Shown here piece after piece: positions 5,219-5,999 of a DNA stretch of 5,999 bases (position 1 is its first letter; the number at the start of each line of letters is the position of its first letter). Source of the stretch: Candidatus Woesearchaeota archaeon (GTDB lineage: Archaea; Nanobdellota; Nanobdellia; Nanobdellales; Nanobdellaceae); contig CAYXSZ010000061.1 in assembly GCA_964468425.1 (NCBI GenBank), positions 1 through 5,999 on the forward strand, read 5' to 3'. The translations under genes were made by a program, and so were the position numbers. Under the pieces are notes generated by a model. It saw only the letters and a program-made list of their open reading frames with translations, searched no databases and was not told the DNA's origin.

Positions 5219-5922
5219 TATAATCTTTTTAGATAAGTTTCGGGGGAAATTGATAAGTAAACTTTATCTTTTGTTGCCCATAGTTCTGTAACAAAGGGCC
5301 TAGCAAGAGCCCCTCCATAAATTTGCTGTAATTTTGGAGTGTAGATTTCTAGGAAATCTCTACTATTCAAGAATTCTCTAAAGTATTGTTTTATTTTAGA
5401 AACAACTTTAATAATCCTCCGAGCTTCGTCATTTAGTGCAAAATCTAGATATCTTTGTTCGTATCTTTTTGCAACGTCTTTAATTCCATACCATTGATGT
5501 GGAATCCCTCTTAAGGTTATAGATAACACTTCGAAATCTTTAACGTTTATGGATAATTCACCTCTTCTTGTTTTCATTACATTTCCATAAACTCCAATAA
5601 TATCTCCCAATACTAGGAGATTTTGTACTATATAGAATTTTTTCTTAGGAAGCACATCTTTTCTAAATAACAATTGAATTTTCCCAGTATCATCTTTTAA
5701 ATCTGTAAAGATTATTCCACCATGAGACCTTATTGCACTTATTCTACCTGCCATGTGATAGTAATCTTTCGTATGCGATCCTGGATCCAGATCTTTATAT
5801 CTTTTCAGGAGATCACTTACTGAAACATTTACAGGATATTCATATTTTCTAAATGGATCTTCCCCAAGTTCTATTAATTCTATTAATCTTTTTACGTTAT
5901 CTCTAAACATTCTAGAGTTCAT
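5218..5922 (-). CDS. lysS: Lysyl-tRNA synthetase, class II, N-terminal part (OB-fold anticodon-binding domain through motif 1)
   Basis: ATG at 5920-5922. The OB-fold region reads HMAGRISAIRSHGGIIFTDLKDDTGKIQL...GDIIGVYGNVMKTRRGELSI. It is followed by RYEQRYLDFALN, FLEIYTPKLQ, GGALARPF and ISPETYLKRL, then TAG (5218-5220). The ORF stops exactly where the colinear LysS alignment continues in the next ORF. Confidence 0.85.
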   Translation of the reverse strand: MNSRMFRDNVKRLIELIELGEDPFRKYEYPVNVSVSDLLKRYKDLDPGSHTKDYYHMAGRISAIRSHGGIIFTDLKDDTGKIQLLFRKDVLPKKKFYIVQNLLVLGDIIGVYGNVMKTRRGELSINVKDFEVLSITLRGIPHQWYGIKDVAKRYEQRYLDFALNDEARRIIKVVSKIKQYFREFLNSRDFLEIYTPKLQQIYGGALARPFVTELWATKDKVYLSISPETYLKRL

Positions 5923-5980
5923 CTTTTATAAAATGCGTAAACACGTATTGTGCCTCGGCGTCTTCCGTTTTCTTTTATAC
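5923..5980 (-). promoter_or_regulatory. lysS upstream region with two TATA-like elements (register and strand unresolved)
   Basis: The perfect palindrome TTTTATAAAA (5924-5933) lies only about 6 nt from the ATG, too close for a leaderless arrangement. GTATAAAA (- strand, 5973-5980) would place a transcription start near 5950, giving a leader of about 28 nt. Either element could instead serve a divergent + strand gene beyond the window. Confidence 0.2.
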
Positions 5981-5999
5981 ATGCAAAGTGTATATTGTA

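Noticed and set aside
5221-5232. Canonical programmed -1 frameshift signal at the lysS junction
   Set aside because: CTA AAA AGA TTA is not an X XXY YYZ heptamer in the correct phase. The A run is only 5 nt, and I see no obvious downstream stem-loop or pseudoknot. Recoding stays a possibility, but the sequence does not specifically support it over a one-base deletion or a sequencing error.
5941-5970. Short GC-rich patch (GTGCCTCGGCGTCTTCCG) as a possible small RNA or split-tRNA-half element
   Set aside because: It is only about 18 nt, both flanks are AT-rich, and it shows no tRNA-like arms, C/D boxes or a convincing hairpin. It is more simply part of the lysS 5' region or of something that continues beyond the window.

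Overview
This window looks like a very compact, AT-rich archaeal chromosome segment. A sampled coding line (301-360) is about 32% G+C by hand count. The window opens inside the GC-rich 3' end of a 16S rRNA gene (about 66% G+C by hand count over 1-180). That contrast is typical of hyperthermophiles with AT-rich genomes. Several normally universal 16S positions are substituted. Together with the unlinked rRNA gene, a truncated arcTGT, overlapping genes and a broken ribosomal-protein cluster, this resembles Nanoarchaeota (Nanoarchaeum-like), but I cannot confirm identity without a database search. Gene order on the + strand: 16S 3' end, then a 411-aa cysteine-free archaeosine tRNA-guanine transglycosylase catalytic core that lacks the PUA region, then an overlapping 170-aa orphan ORF. 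Converging on the - strand, in transcription order: class II lysyl-tRNA synthetase in two abutting ORFs, uL24, eS4, uL5, and a small class I SAM methyltransferase whose GTG start lies inside the uL5 stop region. I see no CRISPR array, mobile element, tRNA, or recognisable defence or multi-gene novel system. The items most worth follow-up are: (1) the LysRS interrupted at a TA-G-TG stop/start overlap between motif 1 and motif 2; (2) a TGT-family enzyme with no cysteines, so no canonical Zn site; (3) a compensatory substitution pair in the 16S decoding-centre and universal-primer regions plus an altered anti-SD tail; (4) the orphan ORF coupled to tgtA and the methyltransferase coupled to uL5.
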